Source: an uncultured delta proteobacterium (GTDB lineage Bacteria > Desulfobacterota > Syntrophia > Syntrophales > UBA5619). Taken from it: DNA of 64,000 bases. Where the stretch lies: the NCBI GenBank assembly GCA_963817385.1, contig CAWFOM010000006.1, positions 96,001 to 160,000 on the forward strand, given 5' to 3'. Shown here piece by piece: positions 31,711 through 41,527 of this stretch. How positions within the stretch are numbered: position 1 is the first letter of the stretch; every line of letters begins with the position of its first letter. The notes beneath the pieces are model-generated. The model did not search any database and was not told the origin of the DNA. It worked only from the letters and a program-made list of their open reading frames with translations. Made by a program: the position numbers and the translations under genes.

Positions 31711-32211
31711 ATGAAAGATATGGACTACATGCGTGTTGCCGAGGATAGCATCAACAAGATCAAAGAGGGGGCCTTCTTAACCGTTAGATCCGGGAATGCG
31801 CTTAACACCATGACCATCGGTTGGGCCACCTTCGGAGTTGTCTGGAGAAAACCGATTTTGATGGTAGCAGTACGGTCTAGTCGGCACACCTTTGGGATCA
31901 TCGAAGCGGCCAAGGATTTTACCGTTACAGTCCCGGCGGGAGACCTGCATGAAGAGACTGCGTATTGCGGCTCAAAATCCGGCCGGGACGTGGACAAGTT
32001 TAAGATGTGTAACCTGGAAACGACCGATAGCCGTCAGACCGCTTCACCGATTATTAAAACCCGAGGACGCCATTACGAGTGTAAAATCATCTACAAGTCT
32101 GCCATGGATCCGACCCATCTTGACAAGGGTTATGATTCATCCCTTTATCCCCAAAAAGATTACCATACCCTTTATTTTGGTGAAATCTTGGCTTGCTATG
32201 AAACCGACTGA
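31711..32211 (+). CDS. Flavin reductase-like (flavoredoxin) protein
   Basis: NTMTIGW, VRSSRHT, YCGSKSGRDVDK, HTLYFGEI. Confidence 0.88.
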   Translation: MKDMDYMRVAEDSINKIKEGAFLTVRSGNALNTMTIGWATFGVVWRKPILMVAVRSSRHTFGIIEAAKDFTVTVPAGDLHEETAYCGSKSGRDVDKFKMCNLETTDSRQTASPIIKTRGRHYECKIIYKSAMDPTHLDKGYDSSLYPQKDYHTLYFGEILACYETD

Positions 32212-32358
32212 TCTTCAAACGGTCTGAGTCTGTTTATGCAGGCCGGTGAGTCCATTATCCTTTGACCCTATTGCATCATAGCTTTCGGCTAGTGCATCGT
32301 CTATCCTGTCACGTATATTTTTGTTGGGTAATAATATAAGAAAGAAATCGGAATACCT

Positions 32359-33006
32359 GTGTTGACGACCCTCTTAACAATTTTTGCTTCATCCTTTGTT
32401 ATCGCGCTATCCGGAGCCCTGATGCCGGGGCCACTTCTGACCGCTACAATCAGTGAAAGCTCGCAACGCGGTTTCACCGCGGGACCGCTTCTGATTACCG
32501 GTCACGCCATTTTGGAGTTGGTACTCGTTATCGCCCTTCTGCTGGGGCTGGCGCCTTTATTGCAGCAGCCCGTGGTTTTTGTAGCAACCGCCCTTATCGG
32601 GTCCGTAATTCTTTTCTGGATGGCCTTCGGGATATTCCGTTCCTTGCCTTCCTTGCGTCTTTCATGGGAGGGAGACCAAAAACGGAGGAATCATCCAATG
32701 ATCAGCGGCATATTGATGAGTGTGGCCAATCCATATTGGATCATCTGGTGGGCAACGATCGGTCTGGGTTATATTCTCTATTCCCGGCGGTTTGGTTTCT
32801 GGGGCATAGCTTTTTTCTTTGTCGGACATATTCTGGCTGACCTGGTCTGGTATTCACTTGTTGCGGCTGCTGTGGCAGGCGGCAGACATTTTCTAACCAA
32901 TCGCCTTTACCGCGGTCTTATTGCTGTCTGCGCAGTCTTTCTGATTGTGTTTGCGGGGTATTTTGCCTATGCGGGTTTTGAAAAGCTGAATGTCATTATC
33001 TCATAG
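32359..33006 (+). CDS. LysE-family translocator
   Basis: SGALMPGPL, GHAILE, ANPYWIIWW; six TM segments. Confidence 0.88.
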   Translation: MLTTLLTIFASSFVIALSGALMPGPLLTATISESSQRGFTAGPLLITGHAILELVLVIALLLGLAPLLQQPVVFVATALIGSVILFWMAFGIFRSLPSLRLSWEGDQKRRNHPMISGILMSVANPYWIIWWATIGLGYILYSRRFGFWGIAFFFVGHILADLVWYSLVAAAVAGGRHFLTNRLYRGLIAVCAVFLIVFAGYFAYAGFEKLNVIIS

Positions 33007-33440
33007 CGTTTACGTTTACATAGGTATAAAAAATGGGGTAGGTAATCTGAGGTTGCAAATACAAAGATGGAGTCCGGATTTTCTGAGCAACTTATTGATA
33101 ACGGGATGCAATGTGGAATTGTTGGAGGTAGTTTTTCCCGATGATCGGGGGTATTTGTGTCCTTTATCAATAGCTTGAATCTGATGGCGGTTATCCATCT
33201 TTTTCTTGGTAATGATTACCTCTAACAAGACCTCTGACTACTCTTGGGATGCCAATATTCATGCGTAACGCCTCATCAAAAAGGCACGGATGAAAGGTTT
33301 GTCTGGATTAAGCCCGAAAAGGCATTCGTGATTGGTGAAATGGCTAAAGAGCGCTTCGCTCTCCCGATAGTTCGGTCACTGGGATACACCCCTTCCACGA
33401 TCATCGGCGCCACGCCCCGCATTTTGTGGCTTGTATTTCC

Positions 33441-33498
33441 TTGACACACAAGTCCCTTGCTGCTTATACTTCTTCCGCCAAATGCAATATCTTATCAA
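33441..33498 (+). promoter_or_regulatory. Sigma70-type promoter with shared motif
   Basis: TTGACA-18-TATACT, downstream TCTTATCAAT. Confidence 0.55.
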
Positions 33499-33526
33499 TC
33501 CTCTGACTGACTTGCCGCAGAACCCG

Positions 33527-35326
33527 ATGAGACGTAAAGAGAAATTCTACAAGCTGGGCCTTGCCGCGTTCGTCCTCGCCAGCCTGGGCCTCGTGTGGCT
33601 GGCCTGGAACCCGGGCGCTCCCGATCAGCCGGCTGTGACGGCCGCTGAAGAGACACATGAAGCCGGTGGCGCCGAGATTCGTGGGCGTGTCATCGACGGC
33701 GCGGGACAGCCCCTGCCAGGCGCGGTGGTGACAGCGGGGACGGCCTCGACAGTTGCCGATGCCAAGGGTTTTTTTGCCTTCGCGGATCTGGCCGCCGGTG
33801 AGTATGCGGTCGAAGCGGCACTCAAGGGCTACAGCGCGCCCGGACCTGAAGGGACCCGCCACCGCACGGTCATGCTGAAGCAGGCCGAGAGCGAGTCCCG
33901 ACCGGCGAACGTCGAGGGCATCGAACTGGTCATGCGCAAGCTGGGTAGGCTTTCAGGCCGGGTAGTGTCGGGCGGCGCCGCTGTGGCGGGGGCGACGTTG
34001 CGGATCGCGTGGTTGGGCGAGGACGGGCCGGCGGGTCGGGTGGCCCCATACGCCATCGACCCCGCAGGCGTGTCGCTGGACGGCGGCAGTTTCGTGCTCG
34101 ACGGGGTGGTACCCGGGCGCGTGCTCTTGCAGGCTCGCGTGCCTGGCCACTCGCCTGTCGACAGCGCGGTGCTGGTGCTGGGCGACGGCGAGCACAAGTC
34201 GGGAATATTGCTGGATGTCGGCGGACCATCGCAGCCTCTGGTCGCGTTTACCGGGGTGTTCGGTCGGGTACTCGACGAGCGGAACCAGGCCGTGGGCAAC
34301 GCCTTTGTCCGGTTGCGCGCGGCGAGCGACGCCACGTTGATCCGCACCAACGAACTGGGGATCTTCACCTGGCAGCCACCGCCGGAAAGCGACGTGCGCG
34401 ATCTGACGGCCCAGGCGGGCTCGCCAAGGCACGCCCCTTCGACAGCTCAGCCGGTCCAACCGGGCGTCGAGGCAATTCTGCACGTGGGACCGGGCGGCAC
34501 GATGCGCGGCCGGGTGGTCGACGCCACGGGTGCGCCAGTCAAGGGCTTCATGATCGCCATCGACGACGCGCGCATCGAAATGCCGATGATGCGCAAGGCG
34601 CCGCAGCCCTTCACGCAAGACGACGGCAGCTTCGATTTGGGGCCGCTGCAGCCCGGACACTTCGACCTGCGCGTACAGGCGCCTGATCTTGCTCCAGGGT
34701 TTGCGCGCGATGTGCCCGTAGTGTCGGGCCAGGTCACGTCCGGGATCGAGATCGCACTGAGCGCATTGGCGGTTGTTCGTGGCCGGGTGACGGCAGCCAG
34801 CGACGGTCTACCGCTCGAGCGTGCCCATGTGATGCTGTTCGACCCAGCCGCCACGTTGCCACCGCTCACGGCCAAGACCGACGCCTCGGGCGAATTTCGC
34901 TTGCCGGGCGTGACGGCCGGCCGGCGCAGCTTGCGCATTCAGATCGAGGGGTTCCTGACTGAGCTGTCCGGCGGAATCGACGTCCCGGCGGCGGGCGAGG
35001 TGGTCCGCGACGTGCAGCTGCGCCAGGCCGATCCGGGCGAGCGCTTCTCGTTCCAGGGCATCGGCGTGACGCTCGGTCAGACCGACCGCGGCATCGTCAT
35101 CGCCCAGTTGATGGACGACGCGCCAGCCGCACGCGCGGGGCTGCAGGCGGGCGACGTGATCCTGACGGTCGATCGAGCGGCAGCCGCCGGAATGCGGGTG
35201 GGGCAGGTGGTCGAGATGATCCTGGGCGAGGTTGGCGTGCCGGTGTCGCTGGAGATCGAGCGCAACGGGCAGCGGTTGACGGTCACGGTCGAGCGCAGTC
35301 GCGTGGTCGTCAAGTCTCCGCACTGA
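33527..35326 (+). CDS. Membrane-anchored protein with ~5 carboxypeptidase-regulatory-like (beta-sandwich) repeats and a C-terminal PDZ domain
   Basis: N-terminal TM; repeated (I/L)xGRV(I/V)D..G.P..GA motifs; FQGIGVTL...APAARAGLQAGDVILTVD PDZ. Confidence 0.8.
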   Translation: MRRKEKFYKLGLAAFVLASLGLVWLAWNPGAPDQPAVTAAEETHEAGGAEIRGRVIDGAGQPLPGAVVTAGTASTVADAKGFFAFADLAAGEYAVEAALKGYSAPGPEGTRHRTVMLKQAESESRPANVEGIELVMRKLGRLSGRVVSGGAAVAGATLRIAWLGEDGPAGRVAPYAIDPAGVSLDGGSFVLDGVVPGRVLLQARVPGHSPVDSAVLVLGDGEHKSGILLDVGGPSQPLVAFTGVFGRVLDERNQAVGNAFVRLRAASDATLIRTNELGIFTWQPPPESDVRDLTAQAGSPRHAPSTAQPVQPGVEAILHVGPGGTMRGRVVDATGAPVKGFMIAIDDARIEMPMMRKAPQPFTQDDGSFDLGPLQPGHFDLRVQAPDLAPGFARDVPVVSGQVTSGIEIALSALAVVRGRVTAASDGLPLERAHVMLFDPAATLPPLTAKTDASGEFRLPGVTAGRRSLRIQIEGFLTELSGGIDVPAAGEVVRDVQLRQADPGERFSFQGIGVTLGQTDRGIVIAQLMDDAPAARAGLQAGDVILTVDRAAAAGMRVGQVVEMILGEVGVPVSLEIERNGQRLTVTVERSRVVVKSPH

Positions 35327-35371
35327 TTTGCCTTTCTGTTTCAAGGTCGCGCGCACTCCCTGCGAGGTGTG

Positions 35372-35505
35372 TGAGTGGTTTTGCCCTCTGGAGATGTGAT
35401 TAGGACAGGTGGCAAGACACTGAAGAACGACAACGGACACGACCTCACCAGGCTCATCCGTGGTTCAGAAGGAACCCTCGGGAATGTCCTCAAGAAGATT
35501 TCTCA
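35372..35505 (+). pseudogene. Fragment of a GlcD-like FAD-linked oxidase
   Basis: [35 protein letters not shown] resembles the GlcD/D-lactate dehydrogenase GYDL..L..GSEGTLG motif; rest of gene absent. Confidence 0.75.
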
Positions 35506-35715
35506 CTGGCATTTTCGTTTCAGCATGATAGATGTTATTGATAAGCATGTATTCAGGCAAGGCTCCTTGCAACCAGAGTATCAAATCAGAAGTATGTATG
35601 AACCGGATGAACCTTATTTTCTCAGGCGGTCGAGTAAAAAAATAAACGCGCTGCATAGGAAACCAAGGGGCTCCGAACCGGCTGCGGGAACGGCTGGTGT
35701 GACGTCATTATTTCA

Positions 35716-35773
35716 TTGACTCACAAGACTGCCCATCGTATAGTCCCGCCCCGCGGCAGCGAGTTCTTGTCAA
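35716..35773 (+). promoter_or_regulatory. Sigma70-type promoter with shared motif
   Basis: TTGACT-17-TATAGT followed by AGCGAGTTCTTGTCAA. Confidence 0.6.
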
Positions 35774-35804
35774 AATCAAACAAACAACAAAGTGGGAGGC
35801 AGCA

Positions 35805-36876
35805 ATGGCGAGTAAGGTGACCGTCGATCCCGGAAAGCTGACCCGGTTCTCCGCGGAGGTACTGCAAAAGGTAGGCGTACCCGAGGAGGACGCCGGGAGA
35901 ACCGCCCGGATGCTGGTGGCCGCCGATCTGAGGGGGATCGATTCCCATGGCGTCGCCCACCTGGGACCGCTCTACATCAAGCGCATCAAGGAAGGCCTCA
36001 TCAATCCCAAGCCGCAAATCACGATGGTCAGCCATGCCCCTGCGACGGCAGTCATGGACGGCGACCGCGGCCTGGGTTTTGTGGTCGGCTACCACGCCAT
36101 GACGGAAGCCCTGAAGCGCGCCGGGCAGACCGGCGCCGGATTCGTTTCCGTGCGCAACAGCACCCACTGCGGCGCCGCTTCCACCTACGCCATGATGGCC
36201 CTTCCCGAGAACATGATCGGCATTTCCCTGACGACCGGCGGCAGGGCGATGGTCGTTCCCGGCAGCATCGGCCGGGGGGCCGGCATCAACGTCATCAGCG
36301 TGGCTGTCCCCACCCGGGGAGATGTCCCCTTTGTCCTCGATATGGCGACCACCGTCGTCGCCGGCTCGAAGTTTGAGGTTGCCCTGAGAAGCGGTCAGGC
36401 GACCGTGCCCGAAGGCTGGGCGGTAGACAAAACGGGCAAGCCGTTGACCGATCCGAAAAGGTATGCCGAAGAGGGTGCGCTGCCTCCCCTGGGCGGACTG
36501 CTGCCGGAGACCGGGGCTTACAAGGGCTTCGGCCTGTCCGTCCTGGTGGACATCCTCTGCAGTATACTGGCCGGCTCGGTCTCCATCTCCGAGCTGCTCA
36601 CCAAGCCCAATACGGCGCTCCGCGCCAACCATTTTTTCGGCGCGTTGAAGATTGGCGGCTTCATGCCGGCGGATGATTTTGCCAGGGCGATGGCCGGAAT
36701 GGTCAAGGTATACCATGACCTGCCCAAAGCGCCGGGCGTGGAGAGGATCACCCTTGCCGGTGAGGTGGAGCATGAGATCGAAATGCAGCGGCGTAACGGC
36801 ATCCCCCTGGACCCCCAGGTCATCGCCTCGCTCCGGGAGCTCGCCGCAGAGCTGGGGGTCGAAGTACGATCTTTAG
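35805..36876 (+). CDS. Ldh_2-family (malate/L-lactate/ureidoglycolate/sulfolactate type) dehydrogenase; true end probably ...VEYDL* at 36876, with a +1 indel at ~36863 extending the ORF to 36947
   Basis: ADLRGIDSHG, STHCGA, LDMAT and YKGFGL motifs. Confidence 0.88.
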
Positions 36877-36912
36877 AAAAAATTGTCGCCGTTGGCGGCA
36901 AGGAGGGTAACA

Positions 36913-37944
36913 GTGGAAAAAAACAGAGCCGTAGTGGCGCGGGTTGAAAGGGCGGCGATTGCCGCACCCCTGTCGGATGAAGCCGAGGTGATCAAAAAGG
37001 CGGGCATCGAGCTCGTGGACATCGATGCCGCTAACGAGGATGAGATCATCGCGAAGGCCAAGGATGCCGATGTCATCTTTACCGTACGGGCGGCATTCAC
37101 CCGCCGTGTTTTTGAAAACCTGCACAAGCTGCGCGCTGTCGTCCGCTGCGGTGTCGGTTATGACAACATCGATGTCGATGCCGCTACCGACAACAACGTC
37201 CTGGTCGTCAACATCCCCGACTTCTGCTTCGAGGAGGTCTCCAACCATGCGATCGTCCTGCTCATGGCCTGCGCCAAGAAACTGGTGCGGATGAATAATC
37301 TCCTCAAGACCGCCGGCTGGGGAGCAAGCCGCCGGATCATGGACCCCATGGGCTCCATCTGGGGGCAGACCATCGGTATCGTCGGCTGCGGCAACATCGG
37401 CCGCATGACTGCCCGAAAAGCTCAATGCTTCGGGATGAAGGTGATCGGCTATGACCCCTATGTTGATCGGAATCTGGCCAGGGAATCGGGTATCACCCTG
37501 ACGAGCCTGCCCGAGGTGATGGGGGAAGCCGATTATGTCTCGCTTCATCCCTGCCTCAATCAGGAGACCTTCCATCTTATCGGTGAAGAGGAACTCCATC
37601 TGATGAAGCCGAGCGCCTATCTGATCAATACGGCACGCGGTTCCGTTGTTGATGAGCCTGCCCTCATCAGGGTCCTGCGGGACAAAAGGATCGCAGGCGC
37701 CGGCCTCGATGTCTTTGAAAAAGATCCGATTGATCCGGACAACCCCCTCCTGAAAATGGACAATGTCATCGTTACGCCGCATTCGGCATCCTACTGCGAT
37801 GCCTCCTTTAAGCGACTCAGAATCAGTGTGGGACAGGAAGCCGTTCGGGTCGCCCAGGGCAGGTGGCCCAGGAACGTGGTCAATAAAGATGTCAAACCAA
37901 AGGTCAGCCTGGTCAAGGAGGGTCAGCCCAGGGATGCGTTGTAG
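36913..37944 (+). CDS. D-isomer-specific 2-hydroxyacid dehydrogenase (CtBP/SerA-like)
   Basis: GVGYDNID, GIVGCGNIG, LINTARG, AGLDVFE.DP, TPHSA; AGGAGG RBS before GTG at 36913. Confidence 0.92.
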   Translation: MEKNRAVVARVERAAIAAPLSDEAEVIKKAGIELVDIDAANEDEIIAKAKDADVIFTVRAAFTRRVFENLHKLRAVVRCGVGYDNIDVDAATDNNVLVVNIPDFCFEEVSNHAIVLLMACAKKLVRMNNLLKTAGWGASRRIMDPMGSIWGQTIGIVGCGNIGRMTARKAQCFGMKVIGYDPYVDRNLARESGITLTSLPEVMGEADYVSLHPCLNQETFHLIGEEELHLMKPSAYLINTARGSVVDEPALIRVLRDKRIAGAGLDVFEKDPIDPDNPLLKMDNVIVTPHSASYCDASFKRLRISVGQEAVRVAQGRWPRNVVNKDVKPKVSLVKEGQPRDAL

Positions 37945-37956
37945 CGATAAATCTCC

Positions 37957-38033
37957 TTGACATAGAAGGCCGGCCTTCGTATTCTTCCCCCACAGAAAAG
38001 CGAGTTCTTTATCAGCACAACAGGTTCTTATCA
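37957..38033 (+). promoter_or_regulatory. Sigma70-type promoter with shared motif (two downstream copies)
   Basis: TTGACA-17-TATTCT followed by GAAAAGCGAGTTCTTTATCA and GGTTCTTATCA. Confidence 0.6.
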
Positions 38034-38060
38034 TTTTAAAGGCCAGAAGGAGGCGCGTCT

Positions 38061-39047
38061 ATGCTTAAGAGAACCGGATATGCAGTTGTCGTGTTTCTAT
38101 CAGTTGTCCTCGCAACGAACGTCTTTGCTCAGGGAACGTACCCCACAAAACCGATCAATACGCTGATGGGCTTTGCCCCCGGGGGGGGGAGCGACGTGAT
38201 GCTCTCCATGGTCAGGCCGCACCTCGAAAAGGTGATGAAGACCACCTTCGTCCCGGTATACAAACCCGGGTCCGGCAGCGACATCGCCCTGACGGAGCTG
38301 GCCACGTCCAAGCCCGACGGCTACACGGTCGTCATCTCCTGCACTCCTCAGGTTCCCATCAACGCGTACGTACGGCAAACCAGCTATAAAATCTCCGACT
38401 TCGCCTTTGTCGCGAATGTCGTCACGGACCCCGGCATCCTGGCAGTCCGGGCGGAAAGCCCCTATAAGACGATCGCCGACGTCATCAAGGCAGCAAAGGA
38501 GAAACCGGGAACCCTCAGCGTGGGGGTCTCTTCGGCCCCCGGAGACGACTGGTTTGCAATGCACATGTTCGAAGGGGCGACGCAGATCAAACTCAATATC
38601 GTCCCTTTCTCGGGAGACGGCCCCTCCTGGCAGGCCGCGCTGGCCGGCCACGTCGACGCCACCTCCAATAACCTGGGCATCGTCTACCCCCAGCTCCGGG
38701 CGGGCAAGCTCCGGGCATTGGCGATCATGACCGATAAACGTTCCCCGATCATTCCCGACGTTCCCACCTTCAAGGAGCTGGGATACAACTTCACCAGCGG
38801 CTCGTCGCGGGGATTCGCCATGCCCAAGAACACGCCCAAGGCGATTATCGACGCCTTTGCGGGCACCGTCAAGCAGGTGATGAGCACCGAGGAGTTCAAA
38901 GCGAACGCAATCAAGACGGCCTTCCCGTCCGATTTCCAGGGACCGGAGGAATATACCGCCTATATTAAGTCGCTCGACACGACCTATCGACCCCTCTGGG
39001 ACAAATACGAGAAATCACCGGACGCCGCTGCGCCAAAGGCAAAATAG
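38061..39047 (+). CDS. tctC: TctC/Bug substrate-binding protein #3
   Basis: YPTKPI...APGGGSD, KPDGYT, LAGHVD, PDVPTFKELG. Confidence 0.92.
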   Translation: MLKRTGYAVVVFLSVVLATNVFAQGTYPTKPINTLMGFAPGGGSDVMLSMVRPHLEKVMKTTFVPVYKPGSGSDIALTELATSKPDGYTVVISCTPQVPINAYVRQTSYKISDFAFVANVVTDPGILAVRAESPYKTIADVIKAAKEKPGTLSVGVSSAPGDDWFAMHMFEGATQIKLNIVPFSGDGPSWQAALAGHVDATSNNLGIVYPQLRAGKLRALAIMTDKRSPIIPDVPTFKELGYNFTSGSSRGFAMPKNTPKAIIDAFAGTVKQVMSTEEFKANAIKTAFPSDFQGPEEYTAYIKSLDTTYRPLWDKYEKSPDAAAPKAK

Positions 39048-39129
39048 CTGCTCTGCGGACGGGGAAGGCCGTTGATGCCTTTCCCGCCCGCAGATCTACC
39101 GGTTGATGGCGTCCCCTTCCATACCCCCT

Positions 39130-39173
39130 GCACCGTTTCCGCGGGTGGAGATGCATGACGGTGCGTTTTTTTT
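39130..39173 (+). terminator. Possible intrinsic terminator/attenuator between tctC and tctB
   Basis: GCACCGT...ACGGTGC stem followed closely by T8; a second hairpin at ~39055-39091. Confidence 0.4.
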
Positions 39174-39206
39174 GGAGCTCCGTTTTTTCGTAACAGAGGT
39201 GCTCAT

Positions 39207-39701
39207 GTGAAGATCGGTTCGGTAGTGTTCGCGGGAGTGATCCTGGCGGTCGGTCTGGTCTATGAGATCATGGCCCTGAACATGCCGCGGGGCCGCCTTT
39301 CCTACCCCGGCCCCGGCCTTTTCCCCGCGATCATCGGCATATTCCTTATTGCGACGGCGCTGGGGTGCTTCCTCCAGGAAGTCCTGCCCCGGAAGAGGGG
39401 CGAGGCCCCGTCGGCTTTGCCGCTCCCGAACCAGGACTCAGCAGCTTCGGGAAACCGCAATGTGAATAAGACCTTCCAACTGATGGCACTGATGATCGGC
39501 TACATCCTCGCGCTCAAACCGCTCGGCTTTTTGATCGCCATCTGCGCCTTCCTGGTGGTCGCGATCCGCATCTTCGGCTACCGCCGGTGGGTTCCCACCC
39601 TGGCAATGGCGGCCGTCATCGCGGGCATCTCCTACGTTTCGTTCGTCCTCTGGCTTAAGGTTCCCCTGCCTCTGGGGATCCTTGAAGCGGTTTTCGAATA
39701 G
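39207..39701 (+). CDS. tctB: TctB small membrane subunit
   Basis: PGPGLFP, LGFL, WLKVPLPLG. Confidence 0.88.
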   Translation: MKIGSVVFAGVILAVGLVYEIMALNMPRGRLSYPGPGLFPAIIGIFLIATALGCFLQEVLPRKRGEAPSALPLPNQDSAASGNRNVNKTFQLMALMIGYILALKPLGFLIAICAFLVVAIRIFGYRRWVPTLAMAAVIAGISYVSFVLWLKVPLPLGILEAVFE

Positions 39702-39713
39702 AAGGAAAACGGC

Positions 39714-41210
39714 ATGGACCTCTTTAGCGGACTCATTCACGGCTTTTCGGTGGCACTGACGCCCATGAACCTCCTTTTCGGGTTTCTGGGAGCGGTGATC
39801 GGAACGATCATCGGCATCCTGCCGGGACTCGGCCCTCTGGGTACGATGGCGCTCCTCCTGTCGCTGACCTACGGCTTCGACCCGACGGCCGGCATGATCC
39901 TCTTTGCCGGCATCTATTTCGGGGCCATGTACGGCGGCTCGACGACCTCCATTCTGCTCAACATCCCCGGGGAGGCGGCTTCCGTCATCACGGTAATCGA
40001 AGGCTATCAGATGGCCCGTCGGGGCCGTGCCGGGGCCGCCCTTGCGGTCGCCGCTATCGGATCATTCGTCGCCGGGACGATCAGCCTGATCGGCCTGAGT
40101 TTTCTGGCCCCCACGCTGGCAATGGCGGCCCTGAAGTTCGGGCCTCCCGAGTATCTGGCCGTCGCTCTGGTCGGGCTCATGATCATGTCGCGGCTGACGG
40201 GAGGAAATCTTCTCAAATCGCTCATGATGATCGCCCTGGGGCTCGCCCTCGGAACGGTCGGTATGGAGACCGTGGCCGGCTACATGCGCTACACCTTCGG
40301 GCAGCCCCTCCTGGCCCAGGGTATCGATTTTCTGCCCGTCGCCATGGGGCTCTTCGGCATTTCCGAAGTGCTGGTCACCGCCGAAGAACCGGCGGGAAAT
40401 ATGCAACTCCAAAAGGTCCGTTTCTGGGAGCTCTGGCCGACGCTGGTGGAGTTGAAGCGTTCGGTTGCGCCCGTCATCCGAGGGTCCTTCATCGGCTTTT
40501 TCGTCGGCCTCGTCCCCGGCCCCTCTCCGGTCATCGCAACCATGGTCTCCTATTCCGTGGAGAGCAAACTCGACAAGCACGGAGAGTTCGGCAAGGGTGC
40601 GATCGAAGGCGTGGCGGGCCCCGAGGCGGCCAATAACGCCGCCGTGGGAGGCGCCTACGTCCCCCTGATGGCGCTGGGGATTCCCTTCACCCCCGCCATG
40701 GCGGTCGTGATGGCGGTTCTCCTGATCCACGGGATCAACCCCGGCCCCCTGCTGATGAGCGAGAAACCCGACCTCTTCTGGGGGGTCATCGCCAGCATGT
40801 ACATCGGCAATTTCATGCTCCTCATCTTCAACCTCCCCCTGGTAGGTGTATTCGCCAACATCATCCGGACGCCCCTGTATCTGCTCATGCCGATCGTCCT
40901 GCTGCTGTGCCTGGTGGGCGTCTACTCGGTCAACAATTCGATCCTCGACATCTGGCTCATGACCGGTTTCGGCCTGTTGGGCTATCTCCTGCGGCGGCTG
41001 AAATATGACCTGGCCCCCCTGGTTCTGGCCCTGGTCCTCGGCCCGATGATGGAGAGGAGCTTCCGGGAGGCGATGATGATCAGCCGGGGAGACCTGTCGG
41101 TCTTCCTGAACCGCCCCATTTCGGGGACGATCCTGCTCATCGGAGCGATCGTCCTGGTGGCCCCCCTTCTCATCGCATGGATCAAGCCGCTCCTCAACCG
41201 CAAGTCGTGA
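39714..41210 (+). CDS. tctA: TctA large membrane subunit
   Basis: GILPGLG, YGGSTTSILLNIPGE, GVAGPEAANNA. Confidence 0.95.
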   Translation: MDLFSGLIHGFSVALTPMNLLFGFLGAVIGTIIGILPGLGPLGTMALLLSLTYGFDPTAGMILFAGIYFGAMYGGSTTSILLNIPGEAASVITVIEGYQMARRGRAGAALAVAAIGSFVAGTISLIGLSFLAPTLAMAALKFGPPEYLAVALVGLMIMSRLTGGNLLKSLMMIALGLALGTVGMETVAGYMRYTFGQPLLAQGIDFLPVAMGLFGISEVLVTAEEPAGNMQLQKVRFWELWPTLVELKRSVAPVIRGSFIGFFVGLVPGPSPVIATMVSYSVESKLDKHGEFGKGAIEGVAGPEAANNAAVGGAYVPLMALGIPFTPAMAVVMAVLLIHGINPGPLLMSEKPDLFWGVIASMYIGNFMLLIFNLPLVGVFANIIRTPLYLLMPIVLLLCLVGVYSVNNSILDIWLMTGFGLLGYLLRRLKYDLAPLVLALVLGPMMERSFREAMMISRGDLSVFLNRPISGTILLIGAIVLVAPLLIAWIKPLLNRKS

Positions 41211-41276
41211 GGAGATGGCCGAAAGGCCCGGTTCCAGGCGGGGTGCGTCACAATAAATTCACGCAGTAAATTCTCC

Positions 41277-41340
41277 TTGACACATAAGACTCTTTTCCGT
41301 ATCCTCAGCACACTCGCGCAAAAAATAACTGCTTATCAAT
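41277..41340 (+). promoter_or_regulatory. Sigma70-type promoter with shared motif
   Basis: TTGACA-17-TATCCT, downstream CTTATCAAT. Confidence 0.55.
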
Positions 41341-41527
41341 TTAATTAAATGGCTGAAAATGGAAGCGAAAAAGATACGAATGGAGAGCGGACCGGCATTC
41401 TCTTTGCCGGTGTGTTCTCTGTTGAAGCGATGCGTGTTCTCCTTGGCAATCAAAATTTAAAGGCAATAGCGGCCCAAGGCGTAAAAGCGGTAAAGAATTC
41501 TTGTTCTTTCAAAGGAGGGTCTTGATT

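Noticed and set aside
33300..33420. Minus-strand stretch RGVAPMIVEGVYPSD... resembling an Old Yellow Enzyme fragment
   Set aside because: Too short and degenerate to support without a search.
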